Shown here piece by piece: positions 1 through 9,298 of a DNA stretch of 39,967 nt. Under the pieces are notes generated by a model. That model made no database searches and was not told where the DNA came from. It saw only the letters and a list, made by a program, of their open reading frames with translations. Within the stretch, counting starts at the first letter, position 1; each line of letters starts with the position of its first letter. Both the position numbers and the translations under genes were made by a program. The DNA is from Candidatus Latescibacterota bacterium (lineage in GTDB: Bacteria > Latescibacterota > UBA2968 > UBA8231), in NCBI GenBank assembly GCA_965205655.1, contig CBDBIJ010000104.1, forward strand, positions 1 to 39,967, given 5' to 3'.

Positions 1-413
1 AGTTGCTCATCCTCTGCGATACCGGCGGCAGTAACAGCGCGCAATCGCACCTGTGGAAATACTGTCTGTCCCAGCGGCTGGCGCACAGCTACTCTCTGCC
101 GGTCACGGTCTGTCACTATCCGCCGGGAGCCTCCAAGTGGAATCCCATCGACCACCGCCTCTTCAGTTTCATCAGCCTCAACTGGGCCGGGGTGCCGCTG
201 GAGTCCTATGCGCTCATCCTCAACTACTTGCGCACCACCACCACAACGACCGGCCTCACGGTCGATGCCACCCTCAACCGCAAACGCTACGACACCGGCA
301 AGAAGATCAGCACGGAACTCTACCGCCAGATCGAGATCCAACACGACGCGATCTTGCCGCAATGGAACTACATCATTCAACCGTCTCATCCGACCTGTCT
401 AAATGCCAACTAA
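1..413 (+). CDS. ISAzo13-family DDE transposase, C-terminal part (5' end lies outside the window)
   Basis: Translation has LLILCDTGGSN, VCHYPPGASKWNPIDHRLFSFISLNWAGVPL, TTTTTGLTV and QWNYII, motifs typical of ISAzo13 transposases. Confidence 0.9.
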   Translation, partial: LLILCDTGGSNSAQSHLWKYCLSQRLAHSYSLPVTVCHYPPGASKWNPIDHRLFSFISLNWAGVPLESYALILNYLRTTTTTTGLTVDATLNRKRYDTGKKISTELYRQIEIQHDAILPQWNYIIQPSHPTCLNAN

Positions 414-429
414 TTTCTGCGCAGCCCCT
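1..429 (+). mobile_element. ISAzo13-family insertion sequence, right end (partial)
   Basis: Transposase stop at 413 is followed by TTTCTGCGCAGCCCCT|TAG, resembling ISAzo13 right ends. The left end is outside the window, so the IR and TSD cannot be confirmed. Confidence 0.65.
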
Positions 430-1472
430 TAGACTCCCACTGTCCTTTTCCGCAGAAGTTCCCGTTCAATCATAGCCTCTGCGATCTGCACGGCGTTGAG
501 CGCTGCCCCTTTCCTGAGCTGATCGCCGCTGACCCATAAATCGATCCCGCGCCCATCTGGCCTCGAGACATCCTGGCGGATGCGGCCGGCGAGCACGTCG
601 TCCTGCCCCGACGCCTCGAGCGGCATCGGAAAGTAGTTGGCCTCTCTGTCGTCGATGATGGAGATGCCGGGCGCCTGCGACAGCACGTCGCGAACCTCGG
701 CTTCGCTCATCGGTCGCTCGAACTCGATGTTGATCGCCTCCGAGTGGGCTCGCATGACCGGCACTCGCACACAGGTAACGGTAATTTGTATGTCGTCGTC
801 GTGAAAAATCTTCCTCGTCTCTCTGATCATCTTCCTCTCCTCCTCACAGTAGCCGTCCTGGCCGATGTCGGAATTGTGGGAGAACAGGTTGAAGGCGATC
901 TGATGCGGCAGTTCCCGCGGCTCGACCTCCCTGCCGGCGAGGACGTCTCGAGACTGAACCTCCAGCTCCTCCATCGCCTTCGCGCCCGCACCGCTGATCG
1001 CCTGGTAGGTCGAGACCACCAGGCGCTTCACCGGGTTGTGCTGGTGGAGTGGCCACACGGCCACATCCATTATGATGGTTGAGCAATTCGGATTGGCGAT
1101 GACTCCGGCGTGAGATTCCAGATCGCCGGGGTTAATCTCTGGCACGACGAGCGGCACCTGCGGATCCATGCGAAAGGCCGACGTGTTGTCCACCACCAGC
1201 GCCCCGGCACTGACGGCATGGGGCGCATACTGCTTGCTCAGCGATCCCCCCGCCGATGCCAGCACCAGATCGATGTCTGAGAACGAGTCGACTCCGAGCT
1301 CCTGAACCGTCAGCATATCGCCTTGAAACTCGATTTGCTTACCAGCAGACCGTGAAGAGGCGAGCAGTCTGAGTTCGTCGACCGGAAATTCCCGTTCGGC
1401 GAGGATCTCGAGCATCACCTGGCCCACGGCCCCGGTGGCTCCCATGATCGCGATGTTGTAGGTGTCAGCCAT
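429..1472 (-). CDS. asd: Aspartate-semialdehyde dehydrogenase
   Basis: GATGAVG Rossmann motif, VDNTSAFRM, IANPNCST catalytic Cys, STYQAISGAG, TCVRVPV, DQLRKGAALNAVQIAE. Confidence 0.97.
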   Translation of the reverse strand: MADTYNIAIMGATGAVGQVMLEILAEREFPVDELRLLASSRSAGKQIEFQGDMLTVQELGVDSFSDIDLVLASAGGSLSKQYAPHAVSAGALVVDNTSAFRMDPQVPLVVPEINPGDLESHAGVIANPNCSTIIMDVAVWPLHQHNPVKRLVVSTYQAISGAGAKAMEELEVQSRDVLAGREVEPRELPHQIAFNLFSHNSDIGQDGYCEEERKMIRETRKIFHDDDIQITVTCVRVPVMRAHSEAINIEFERPMSEAEVRDVLSQAPGISIIDDREANYFPMPLEASGQDDVLAGRIRQDVSRPDGRGIDLWVSGDQLRKGAALNAVQIAEAMIERELLRKRTVGV

Positions 1473-1507
1473 TTTCTAACTCCCCCAGGCTCCCTCTACT
1501 AGTTGAA

Positions 1508-1557
1508 AATCAGTTGATCTTATGACAATCAGTTGATCTTATGACAATCAGTTGATC
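1508..1557. repeat. Tandem repeat of a 19-bp unit AATCAGTTGATCTTATGAC (two full copies plus a 12-bp partial)
   Basis: Copies at 1508-1526 and 1527-1545, partial at 1546-1557 containing the apgM stop codon. Confidence 0.9.
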
Positions 1558-2723
1558 AGATAGTCCATCAATTCATGCCCGCTGTCCGGCGCCATGCTGC
1601 CCTTCTCCGCCCCGGTTTCGCTATAGGTCTCCATGTCGTCCGCCTCCACTCCGCTACCCCACAGCACGAATGGGACCGGCTCGCGGCTGTGCGTGCGCAG
1701 CTCGATCGGGGTGCGGTGGTCGGGCGTCATCATGATGCGGCAGGGGCCGACGTCGCTCAATCCGTCCAGGATTCGCCCCACTACCAGTCGGTCAAAATCC
1801 TCCAGCGCCTGCTTCTTCGCGTCCGGATCGCCGTTGTGGCCCGCCTCGTCAGGCGCCTCCACGTGGACGTAGACCAAATCCCTGTGTCTCAGCGCCGCCA
1901 GCGCGTGGTCTGCCTTGCCGGCGTAGTTGGTGTCGAGATACCCGGTAATCCCGGGAACGTCGATGACCTCCAGTCCGGCGCAGCACCCGATTCCCCGAAC
2001 TAAATCCACTGCGGAGATGACACCACCACTAATTCCGTGCTTCTCCTGCAACGATGTCAACCTCAAAGCCCGCCCCGATCCCCACAGCCATATGGCGTTC
2101 GCCTGCGAGTGCGAACCGTCCGATCCGCGTTCCGCTTCCGTCCTGACGATCTCCTCACCCTCCTCCATTAGGCGGCGAATCTTCTCCTGACCTTCACCTG
2201 CCGGCAGGTGTGCTGCGATAGACTGCCCCATGATATCGTGAGGAGGGTATGAAACGAGCTCGTCAGGCCCGTTGGTGTAGACCATGAGATGACGATAGCT
2301 GACGCCGGCGTAGAACCTGATGTCTTCGCCGCCGAGCGCCTCCGACAGCGCCTCGATAAGCTTCTCGGCGACGTCCGTGGAAATGTGGCCGGCGCTGTAG
2401 TCGACGAGTGTGTCTCCATCACGGGTGATCAGGTTGCAGCGAAAGGCCACGTCCTCATCGGCGAGATCCACGCCCATGCTCGCCGCCTCGAGGGGCGCCC
2501 TGCCGGTGTAGTCGACCCGGGTGTCGTATCCGAAAATCTCCAGATTGCCGATGTCGCTGCCCGGGTGACGCGATTCGGGAATCATCTGCACCATGCCGCC
2601 TCGGCCCTCCCTGGCCAGCCGATCCATGTGCGGCGTTTCGGCCGCCTCCAGCGGTGTGCGGCCTCCCAGTTCCCGCAGCGGATAGTCGGCCGCGCCGTCA
2701 GGGACCAATACGATGTACTTCAG
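1548..2723 (-). CDS. apgM: Cofactor-independent phosphoglycerate mutase family protein (ApgM type, the 'proposed homoserine kinase' subgroup)
   Basis: KYIVLVPDGAAD, GRTPLEAAETPHMDRLA, PGSDIGNL, GRAPLEAASMG, HVEAPDEAGH, TPDHRTP. The start is probably a CTG at 2723 overlapping the hom TGA. Confidence 0.9.
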   Translation of the reverse strand: MKYIVLVPDGAADYPLRELGGRTPLEAAETPHMDRLAREGRGGMVQMIPESRHPGSDIGNLEIFGYDTRVDYTGRAPLEAASMGVDLADEDVAFRCNLITRDGDTLVDYSAGHISTDVAEKLIEALSEALGGEDIRFYAGVSYRHLMVYTNGPDELVSYPPHDIMGQSIAAHLPAGEGQEKIRRLMEEGEEIVRTEAERGSDGSHSQANAIWLWGSGRALRLTSLQEKHGISGGVISAVDLVRGIGCCAGLEVIDVPGITGYLDTNYAGKADHALAALRHRDLVYVHVEAPDEAGHNGDPDAKKQALEDFDRLVVGRILDGLSDVGPCRIMMTPDHRTPIELRTHSREPVPFVLWGSGVEADDMETYSETGAEKGSMAPDSGHELMDYLIN

Positions 2724-4012
2724 AGATCCTCCATGCGGATGAAGCGCGTCTCGCTGACGAAATCAAGTTTCTCCACCGCCGCAATGGCTGTCCGCATCGA
2801 CAGCTCTTTCGATTCGTGGGTCACCAGAATGAGCGGCACTGAGCCGCCCTGCAAGTCGCGCTCCTTCTGGATAACGGAGGCGATGCTGATCTCCTCCCGC
2901 GCCAGAATGCGGGCGATCTGTTCCAGCACGCCCGGTCTGTCCTGCACCAATAGCCGGAGATAGTACCGAATCCGTGTCGAGTTGATGTCGGCGAACGATC
3001 CGGCACTCCCTTTCACCACCATGTCGCCGATGGCCGATCCTGCGCCCGCCGCCTTGCGCTCCGCCAGCTCGACCAGGTCGGCCACCACCGCGCTCGCCGT
3101 CGGCATTTGACCGGCGCCGCGGCCATAGAACACCTGAGTGCCCACGGCGCTGCCCACTACTTCGATGGCGTTGAACTCGTCGTGAATGTTGGCCAGTAGC
3201 GAGTCGCTGGGGATCATGGCCGGGTGGACCCTGGCCTCCACTCGTTCACCGGTCTGCTTGGCGATGGCCAGCAGCTTGATCGTATATCCGAGCTCGCGGG
3301 CGTAGTCGATGTCGGTGCTTTCGATGGCCTCGATGCCCTCGCAGTAGAAATCGGCCGCCGTACCGGTCGTATGAAAGGCGATGCGACTCAGGATCGACAG
3401 CTTCTGGGCCGCGTCCATGCCGCTCACGTCCATCGTCGGATCGGGCTCCGCGTAACCTTTCTCCTGCGCCTCGGCCAGAATCTGCGTGTAGTCGCCCTCT
3501 CCTCTTGACATGCGCGTCATGATGTAATTCGTCGTGCCGTTCAGAATGCCGTAGAGCGATTGCACCTTGTTCGCCACCAGCCCGGTGCGCAGGGATCGTA
3601 TGATGGGGATCCCTGCGGCGACGCTCGCCTCGAACATGAGCTCCGCCTGTTTCTCCAGGGCGAGATCGAACAGCTCCCCCCCGTGTTCGGCAACGACCGC
3701 CTTGTTGGCGGTCACCACATCCTTGCCCCGCTCGAGCGAAGCACGAATCCACTCGTAGGCCGGAGGTGCTCCCGTCAGCTCCACCACAACGTCTACGTCC
3801 GGATCGTCAACCACTGCCATGGCGTCGCTGGTAACGGTAGCGCCGTCCAGCGAAACTTCGCGTTTCTTGCCCGGGTCGCGCACCGCAACGGCGCGCAGTG
3901 AAAATTTCGCATGCTTTCGCCGCTGCATCGCCGCAGGGGAATCGCCGAGCAGACCTACCACGCCGCTGCCCACCGTGCCCAGACCGATCAGCCCAACGCC
4001 TATCTCGCTCAT
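2720..4012 (-). CDS. hom: Homoserine dehydrogenase with C-terminal ACT domain
   Basis: GLGTVGSG, VVTANKA, FEASVAAGIPII, GILNGTTNYI, GYAEPDPTMDVSG, GRGAG, ACT motif DRPGVL. ATG at 4012 overlaps the upstream stop (ATGA). Confidence 0.97.
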   Translation of the reverse strand: MSEIGVGLIGLGTVGSGVVGLLGDSPAAMQRRKHAKFSLRAVAVRDPGKKREVSLDGATVTSDAMAVVDDPDVDVVVELTGAPPAYEWIRASLERGKDVVTANKAVVAEHGGELFDLALEKQAELMFEASVAAGIPIIRSLRTGLVANKVQSLYGILNGTTNYIMTRMSRGEGDYTQILAEAQEKGYAEPDPTMDVSGMDAAQKLSILSRIAFHTTGTAADFYCEGIEAIESTDIDYARELGYTIKLLAIAKQTGERVEARVHPAMIPSDSLLANIHDEFNAIEVVGSAVGTQVFYGRGAGQMPTASAVVADLVELAERKAAGAGSAIGDMVVKGSAGSFADINSTRIRYYLRLLVQDRPGVLEQIARILAREEISIASVIQKERDLQGGSVPLILVTHESKELSMRTAIAAVEKLDFVSETRFIRMEDL

Positions 4013-4485
4013 CCTCCATACTCCGTGACGCACCAACGGAACAGCGTTTCCCACTCCCGTCGCTGAGTAGCTACCAGCTCTTCGGGGTCGCGGCCGCCAC
4101 TCGATTCCACCGCCGTGATGTACTCGTGCGGTTCGTAGTCGCCGATGCGGACAATGGCCGGATGGTTGCCGGCCTTGTTGAACCAGTAGTGACTGTTGGG
4201 GAAATCACCTTCGCGCCGATGCATGATCCCGTGCCAGAAAGATCCCGTCGTGTCGTCGATGTCCTGACAGATCTTGTGGTTCCTGTCCAGATCGTCGACG
4301 TATAGCCAGATCCCCGCCCGCAGGATCTCCGGTTCGAGAGCCGGCGCCTTCAGAACCTCTTCGACTTGTTTGACCACTGCCGCGGGGGGCGCGTCCTCCA
4401 CGACGAGCAGAAACATGGCATGCTCCGGAGGCAGGGCGCTGAAGAGCGGCTCAAGAGCGCCGGCAATTTCTTCGGGTAGGTCCAT
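4009..4485 (-). CDS. Conserved hypothetical protein (WHGIMHRREGDF motif)
   Basis: GIWLYVDDLDRNHKICQDI and GSFWHGIMHRREGDFPNSHYWF look like a conserved uncharacterised family; stop overlaps the hom start. Confidence 0.75.
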   Translation of the reverse strand: MDLPEEIAGALEPLFSALPPEHAMFLLVVEDAPPAAVVKQVEEVLKAPALEPEILRAGIWLYVDDLDRNHKICQDIDDTTGSFWHGIMHRREGDFPNSHYWFNKAGNHPAIVRIGDYEPHEYITAVESSGGRDPEELVATQRREWETLFRWCVTEYGG

Positions 4486-4596
4486 CAGATTGATCTTGTC
4501 AGGGGGATCGTAAGATCCCGAGATCCAATGTAGAGTTCTCTAAAAAGAGCGTCAACGACATTGCCTCCGGGCATCCCGTAGCCTACAATCGAATAT

Positions 4597-5217
4597 ATGG
4601 GAACGAGAATCGGCTCCGTCGCACTCGCTCTATTCGTCGCCCTTCTCCTCACTCCGCCGCCGGGCGGCGCCGAGGATCGCGGGCAGCTCAAGCGCGCGCC
4701 TACTCTGCCTCCGATGCTGGAGGACATTCACGGTCGCTCTGTCGACCTAAGGAAGCTGGCGAAGCGAAAGCAGCTCGTCTTTGTCACCTAGAAGGCGACG
4801 TGGTGCGCGGTGTGCGAGCGGCAACTCGTCAGGTTGCGGAAGCTTCAACCTCGATTGAAAGACTGCAGCACCACCTTTGTCGTCCTCTCTCCGGGGCCGC
4901 GGAAGACACTGATGGAAATCGAACGGCGCACCGACTTTCGGTTCCCGTTTGTGGAAGATGTCGACCTCGACATAGCCGGCGCCCTCGATCTCCAGCTCGC
5001 AGCCGACCAGATAGTCCCCGCCATATTCGCCGTCGACCACAGGGGCCGGGTGACATGGATGCAGCGAGGACGGGCGCCCGGTCTGTACGGCGACGATGCG
5101 CTCCTGGAGCTGCTCGACTGCGGCAACGATGAATCGTTCAGAGTGCGTCATCCGCCCTCTCTTCCCGCTCCTTCTCTCGCCTCAGCTCGCCCTTCACCTC
5201 CTCGATCCGACCGATGA
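4597..5217 (+). pseudogene. Secreted AhpC/TSA (redoxin) family protein interrupted by an in-frame TAG at 4789-4791
   Basis: ORFs 4597-4791 and 4810-5217 share a frame: signal peptide, LEDIHGRSVDLRKL..LVFVT*KATWCAVC..FPFVEDVDL..PAIFAVDHRGRVTW. Confidence 0.8.
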
Positions 5218-7792
5218 CTCCCTGGCGCCACTCGTCAGCTTCGCTCGATTGTTCGAGGCCCCGCTCGTAACTCTCCAATGCCTTCTCCAGCTCGCCGAGG
5301 CCGATCCATCCGCGAGCCATGTTGACGTAGGCTGCCGCGTTCGAACTGTCCAGCTCCACGACCCGCTCGCACGCGACGACCGCCTCTTTGTAGCGGCCCT
5401 GCTGCAGGTAGACGAACCCGAGGTTGAAGTACGACTGACTCTGTGCGGGATCCCGTTTCAGCGCCTCCCCATACAATCTCTCCGCCTCCCTCCAGGCGCC
5501 TTGCTGTTGCTGAATCATCCCCAGGTTATGGTACGGTTCAGACCTTTCCGGCGCTAGCTCGATAGCACGGTTGAGCGCCTCGGCTGCTTGCTCGCGCTTC
5601 GAGCTCTTGCCGAAGGCCTTCGCCAGATACTCCCAGGCCTCGACGTTTTCCATATCTATCTCCACCGCGCGCTGCAGGGCGGCGATAGCCTCGACGTGGC
5701 CGCTGTGATCGAGGTACACCTTGCCTATGTTGACATACGCCGACGCCATCTCGGGATCGAGCTCTGCAGCTCGACGGAAGGCCTTCAGCGCTTCCTGTGG
5801 AACGCCCTCCTCTACCCAGACCTCCCCGAGAGCGACGCGGATGCGCGCGTCTGAATCCGACTGCTCAAGCGCCTCTTCATAGTGACTTCTGGCGCGTTTC
5901 CAGTCTTCCCGCTTCTGAGCCTGGTGCCCCAGTCGCAGTGACGTCGTCAGATCGTCGAGGTCCGCTCGCCTGTATGTCGCGGCCGCAAGGTAGTCGTCGC
6001 CTACCAGGGCCTGCGCGTCGCCGAGCAGGAGCAGCAGTTCGGTTTCCCGCTGCCAATGGGAAAGGCGCTGCTGCAGCGCCTCTATCGCGCCGTGAAGTCG
6101 ACCATCTTTGATGAGGGCCTTGGCCAGGCCAGCATACGACACCCTGCTGTCGGGATTCCGTTCGATCGCGACTCGAAAGTATGTGGCGGCCGAGTCGTTT
6201 CGGCCCGCCGACAGAAAAGTGCTTCCGATGTTGTGATACACCGCGGAGTTGTCGACGATTTCGAGAGCCCGTCGGAACGACTCGATCGCATCTGAGTACT
6301 GGCCGAGCTGTTTGTAGGCATTGCCCAGATTGTTGTGCGCTTCCATCAGCCGCGGAGTGATCTCCAGTGCTCGCTCATAGCTGGCAATGGCCGACTCTCG
6401 CTTCCGCAGATGCAGGTACGCCGTGCCGATATTGTAGTGAGCTCGCGACAGCGTCGGACTGATTGTCAGCGCCCTGCGGCTCTCGTCGATGGCTTCCTGG
6501 TAGCGCTCCTCGTCGAGATACGCTTTGCCCAGGTTGATGTGAGGTCGCGTCATCAGCGGACCCTTCGCCACCGCGTCCGCCCACAGGACCTCCTCGTTCT
6601 GCCACACAGAGTTCCGTTGCACCGTCAGCGCCAGCAGCACGACCATACAGGCTGCGAAGGCGAGCCGCACCTCACGCCTGCCGCCGGCGAGCACAGACCC
6701 CAGAGCGATCGCGACTGCCGCCATCGGCAGGTAAAGTCGATGCTCGTTCACCAGTACGTTGAGTGGAACGAGTGAGGATGGCAGCAGACTCACGAACGCC
6801 CAGCACGAGGCCAGGACGGTTGTCCCGTGCAGCGCTCGGCCCCGTAAACAGAGCGCTGCGAGAGAGACAAAGGCGAGTGCAGCGGCGCAGACGGGCGGCG
6901 CCCAGAAATGGTCGCTGACGGAAAACTGGGGCTCCACGCTCTGGTTGACCGGCATGAAGACCTTGGACAGATAGAACGCGGCGGCTTTGATCTGCGTCGC
7001 CCACTGGGCCTCCATGGATCGCACCGGTTGCAGCATCGCTTTGCCGATGATCGCTGCCGTTCCCTGGATGTAGCAGATGGTTAGCGCGACCGGTCCGAGG
7101 AGCAGCTGCCACTGTCGCCGCACTGAACCGGTGAACCACATATAGATGAAGCCGAGAGCCGGGAACGCCACCGCGAGCGACTTGCTGCCGAGCCCTGCTG
7201 CGAACAGCACTGAGATGAGGGCGTGGTCCCGCCACCGGAATCCGCCGGCCGACGGCCTTGCAAGGGCACACAGCGCCGCCAGACAGAACAGGGTGCACAG
7301 CAGCGAGGAACGGCTGCTGACATAGTTGACCGGCTCGCTCAGCAGTGGATGAATAACGAAGAGCAGGGCCGACGTGGCCGCCCCCCGGCCTTGCGGAAGC
7401 AACCTCGCGGCGAGGAGCCATACGAGCCATGCGTTGGCGATGTGCAGGATGAGGTTGACGACATGGAAGCCGAAAACATCTGGCAGCCCCCGTGGCCCGA
7501 CCCCGCCGCTGTCAGCTCGCTCCACTTGCTCGATACTGGCGAGCCGATAGTTGATCGCATAACTGACGAGCAACAGCGGCCGGTACATGCGCCAGTCCGG
7601 ATTGACGGAAAATGTCGTCGGGTCATAGAAGAATCGGGGGATGTTCCCCAGCGAGCGCACGCTGGGATTGTCCGCGATTGAATGCATGTCGTCGTAGTGA
7701 AAACTGTTCTGACACGAATTTTGGTACGCCAGCAGCCCGACCAGGGTCAGGCCGACGAGAACTCTGATGCGCTTGTAATGGCTGGTGCTCAT
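5138..7792 (-). CDS. TMTC-like polytopic membrane protein (GT-C fold, putative protein O-glycosyltransferase) with C-terminal TPR array
   Basis: FHYDD, YRPL, FHVVNLILH, LFVIHPLLSEPVNYVSSRS and NEHRLYLP motifs followed by many TPRs. ATG at 7792 overlaps the flippase stop (ATGA). Confidence 0.85.
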   Translation of the reverse strand: MSTSHYKRIRVLVGLTLVGLLAYQNSCQNSFHYDDMHSIADNPSVRSLGNIPRFFYDPTTFSVNPDWRMYRPLLLVSYAINYRLASIEQVERADSGGVGPRGLPDVFGFHVVNLILHIANAWLVWLLAARLLPQGRGAATSALLFVIHPLLSEPVNYVSSRSSLLCTLFCLAALCALARPSAGGFRWRDHALISVLFAAGLGSKSLAVAFPALGFIYMWFTGSVRRQWQLLLGPVALTICYIQGTAAIIGKAMLQPVRSMEAQWATQIKAAAFYLSKVFMPVNQSVEPQFSVSDHFWAPPVCAAALAFVSLAALCLRGRALHGTTVLASCWAFVSLLPSSLVPLNVLVNEHRLYLPMAAVAIALGSVLAGGRREVRLAFAACMVVLLALTVQRNSVWQNEEVLWADAVAKGPLMTRPHINLGKAYLDEERYQEAIDESRRALTISPTLSRAHYNIGTAYLHLRKRESAIASYERALEITPRLMEAHNNLGNAYKQLGQYSDAIESFRRALEIVDNSAVYHNIGSTFLSAGRNDSAATYFRVAIERNPDSRVSYAGLAKALIKDGRLHGAIEALQQRLSHWQRETELLLLLGDAQALVGDDYLAAATYRRADLDDLTTSLRLGHQAQKREDWKRARSHYEEALEQSDSDARIRVALGEVWVEEGVPQEALKAFRRAAELDPEMASAYVNIGKVYLDHSGHVEAIAALQRAVEIDMENVEAWEYLAKAFGKSSKREQAAEALNRAIELAPERSEPYHNLGMIQQQQGAWREAERLYGEALKRDPAQSQSYFNLGFVYLQQGRYKEAVVACERVVELDSSNAAAYVNMARGWIGLGELEKALESYERGLEQSSEADEWRQGVIGRIEEVKGELRREKEREERADDAL

Positions 7793-9297
7793 TTCACCCT
7801 GATCGATTTGAAGATCTGCACTATCTCTTCGCGGTCGTCGGCGCGGATCCACAGTGCGATCGCCATCGTCGCCGCGAAAGCCACCCCGCCGAGAATGAGC
7901 TGTGGCAGCGCCTGACTCACCGGAGTGGAAACCAGAGCTGCCACAGCGGCTGAAACTGCCGAGGCGGCCGAAATCCTGAGCAGCCGCCCCCAGGGCATGA
8001 GTTGCCGGAGCCCCCATCCGAGGTGGCGGGCAATGAGCAGCACGAGCACTGATACCTGAAGATACGTGGATACAACCGTGGCAACCGCGGGGCCGAGAAA
8101 TGCCGCGTCCAGCACGGCTGATCTCATGAACAAAACGAGGAACACGCTCAACGAGAGGTTCGTTATCAGATCGCCGATTCCTGCCCACAGCGCCCAGCGG
8201 GCTTTGCCCATTCCCACCAGCAGCGGATTGTAGATCGCGCTCCGCAGTGGCAATGCGAACAGAAAGATGCGGAACACCATCTCCGAATCCTGGTAGGTGG
8301 CGGGCAGATAGATGGAGATGATGGCTCCGGCAAAGGTGAACAGGAAGAAGAAGAGCGGTACGACGACGAGTGACAGCCGTGACACTGCCTGTCTCCACAG
8401 TCGCCCGATATCGTCCTTCTGATCCGCGCCGTACAGCCTGCTCACCTCTGGCACGAGCACCGTGACCACTCCCGCCAGCAGGAGGCTCACCGGCACCTCG
8501 ATGGCTCCCACGTGGTATACCGCAAATGTCTCGGCGGTGAAGAAGAAGAGGATGACGAAACGGTCGACGTTCCGGGAGAGGCTACCCACGGCATCGTTCA
8601 GTCCGATGGGCAGCGAATAGCCCAGAAGCAGTCTCAGTGAGTCTGCCGTCCACCCCGTTCGAAGCGACAGAGGTACCCCGATTGCTGCTGCCGCCATAAC
8701 AGACGCCACGGCAAACCGCACTGTCCCCATGACCGACAGCGACCACAACACTTCCTGGACGGAGAGTGCCATGATCGCTCCGGCTGCTGCGATCGCGGTG
8801 AGCCCGGTCGCCGCGGCCAGCGCGAGCGCCGCCTGGCGCCTTGCCCGGCCCGCCGCCACCAGCGTCGATTCGACGTGTCCCCCGGCAACGAGGCTGAAGA
8901 CGTACGGCAGAAACGGCCACAGATATGAGACCAGATCGACGGACTCCGTTTCCCGCGTCTCGATGTTGAGGAGAGAGGCGAGGGCTGGACCCGCCAGCGC
9001 CAGAAGCACGACGAGCGCCGCACCGGACAGCGACAGACATACGGCCGCCTGGACGACGAGCCTCTTCTTTTCCTGAGTACCGCAATGCGGAAAAAAGTAG
9101 AGCAGTCCAGTGGGTAACCCGATTAGAAAGATCGGGACGAGGGTGTTGCCGAGAACCCAGACTGCCGTGAAGATGCCGAACTCGCTCTCCGGCCAGGTTC
9201 GGGCGAGGATGGCGTTGACGGCGAAGATGCTGAACGTGCTGGCAGCGCGGCCGCAGGCGACGATGCCGATCCGGCGCGTCAGCCCTCCTTCGTCCAT
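7789..9297 (-). CDS. Oligosaccharide flippase (Wzx/MOP superfamily)
   Basis: 502 aa with many hydrophobic segments; LARTWPESEFGIF, YSLPIGL..NVDRFVI, VLVPEVSRLY patterns. Confidence 0.85.
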   Translation of the reverse strand: MDEGGLTRRIGIVACGRAASTFSIFAVNAILARTWPESEFGIFTAVWVLGNTLVPIFLIGLPTGLLYFFPHCGTQEKKRLVVQAAVCLSLSGAALVVLLALAGPALASLLNIETRETESVDLVSYLWPFLPYVFSLVAGGHVESTLVAAGRARRQAALALAAATGLTAIAAAGAIMALSVQEVLWSLSVMGTVRFAVASVMAAAAIGVPLSLRTGWTADSLRLLLGYSLPIGLNDAVGSLSRNVDRFVILFFFTAETFAVYHVGAIEVPVSLLLAGVVTVLVPEVSRLYGADQKDDIGRLWRQAVSRLSLVVVPLFFFLFTFAGAIISIYLPATYQDSEMVFRIFLFALPLRSAIYNPLLVGMGKARWALWAGIGDLITNLSLSVFLVLFMRSAVLDAAFLGPAVATVVSTYLQVSVLVLLIARHLGWGLRQLMPWGRLLRISAASAVSAAVAALVSTPVSQALPQLILGGVAFAATMAIALWIRADDREEIVQIFKSIRVK

Positions 9298-9298
9298 C

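Noticed and set aside
4789..4791. Genome-wide TAG reassignment
   Set aside because: TAG ends metG at its expected C-terminus and also ends uvrA and the sulfatase, so it is a normal stop
7793..8398. N-terminal 200-aa extension of the TPR ORF in the track
   Set aside because: It overlaps the flippase in another frame and is not protein-like; the ATGA overlap at 7789-7792 gives a better start
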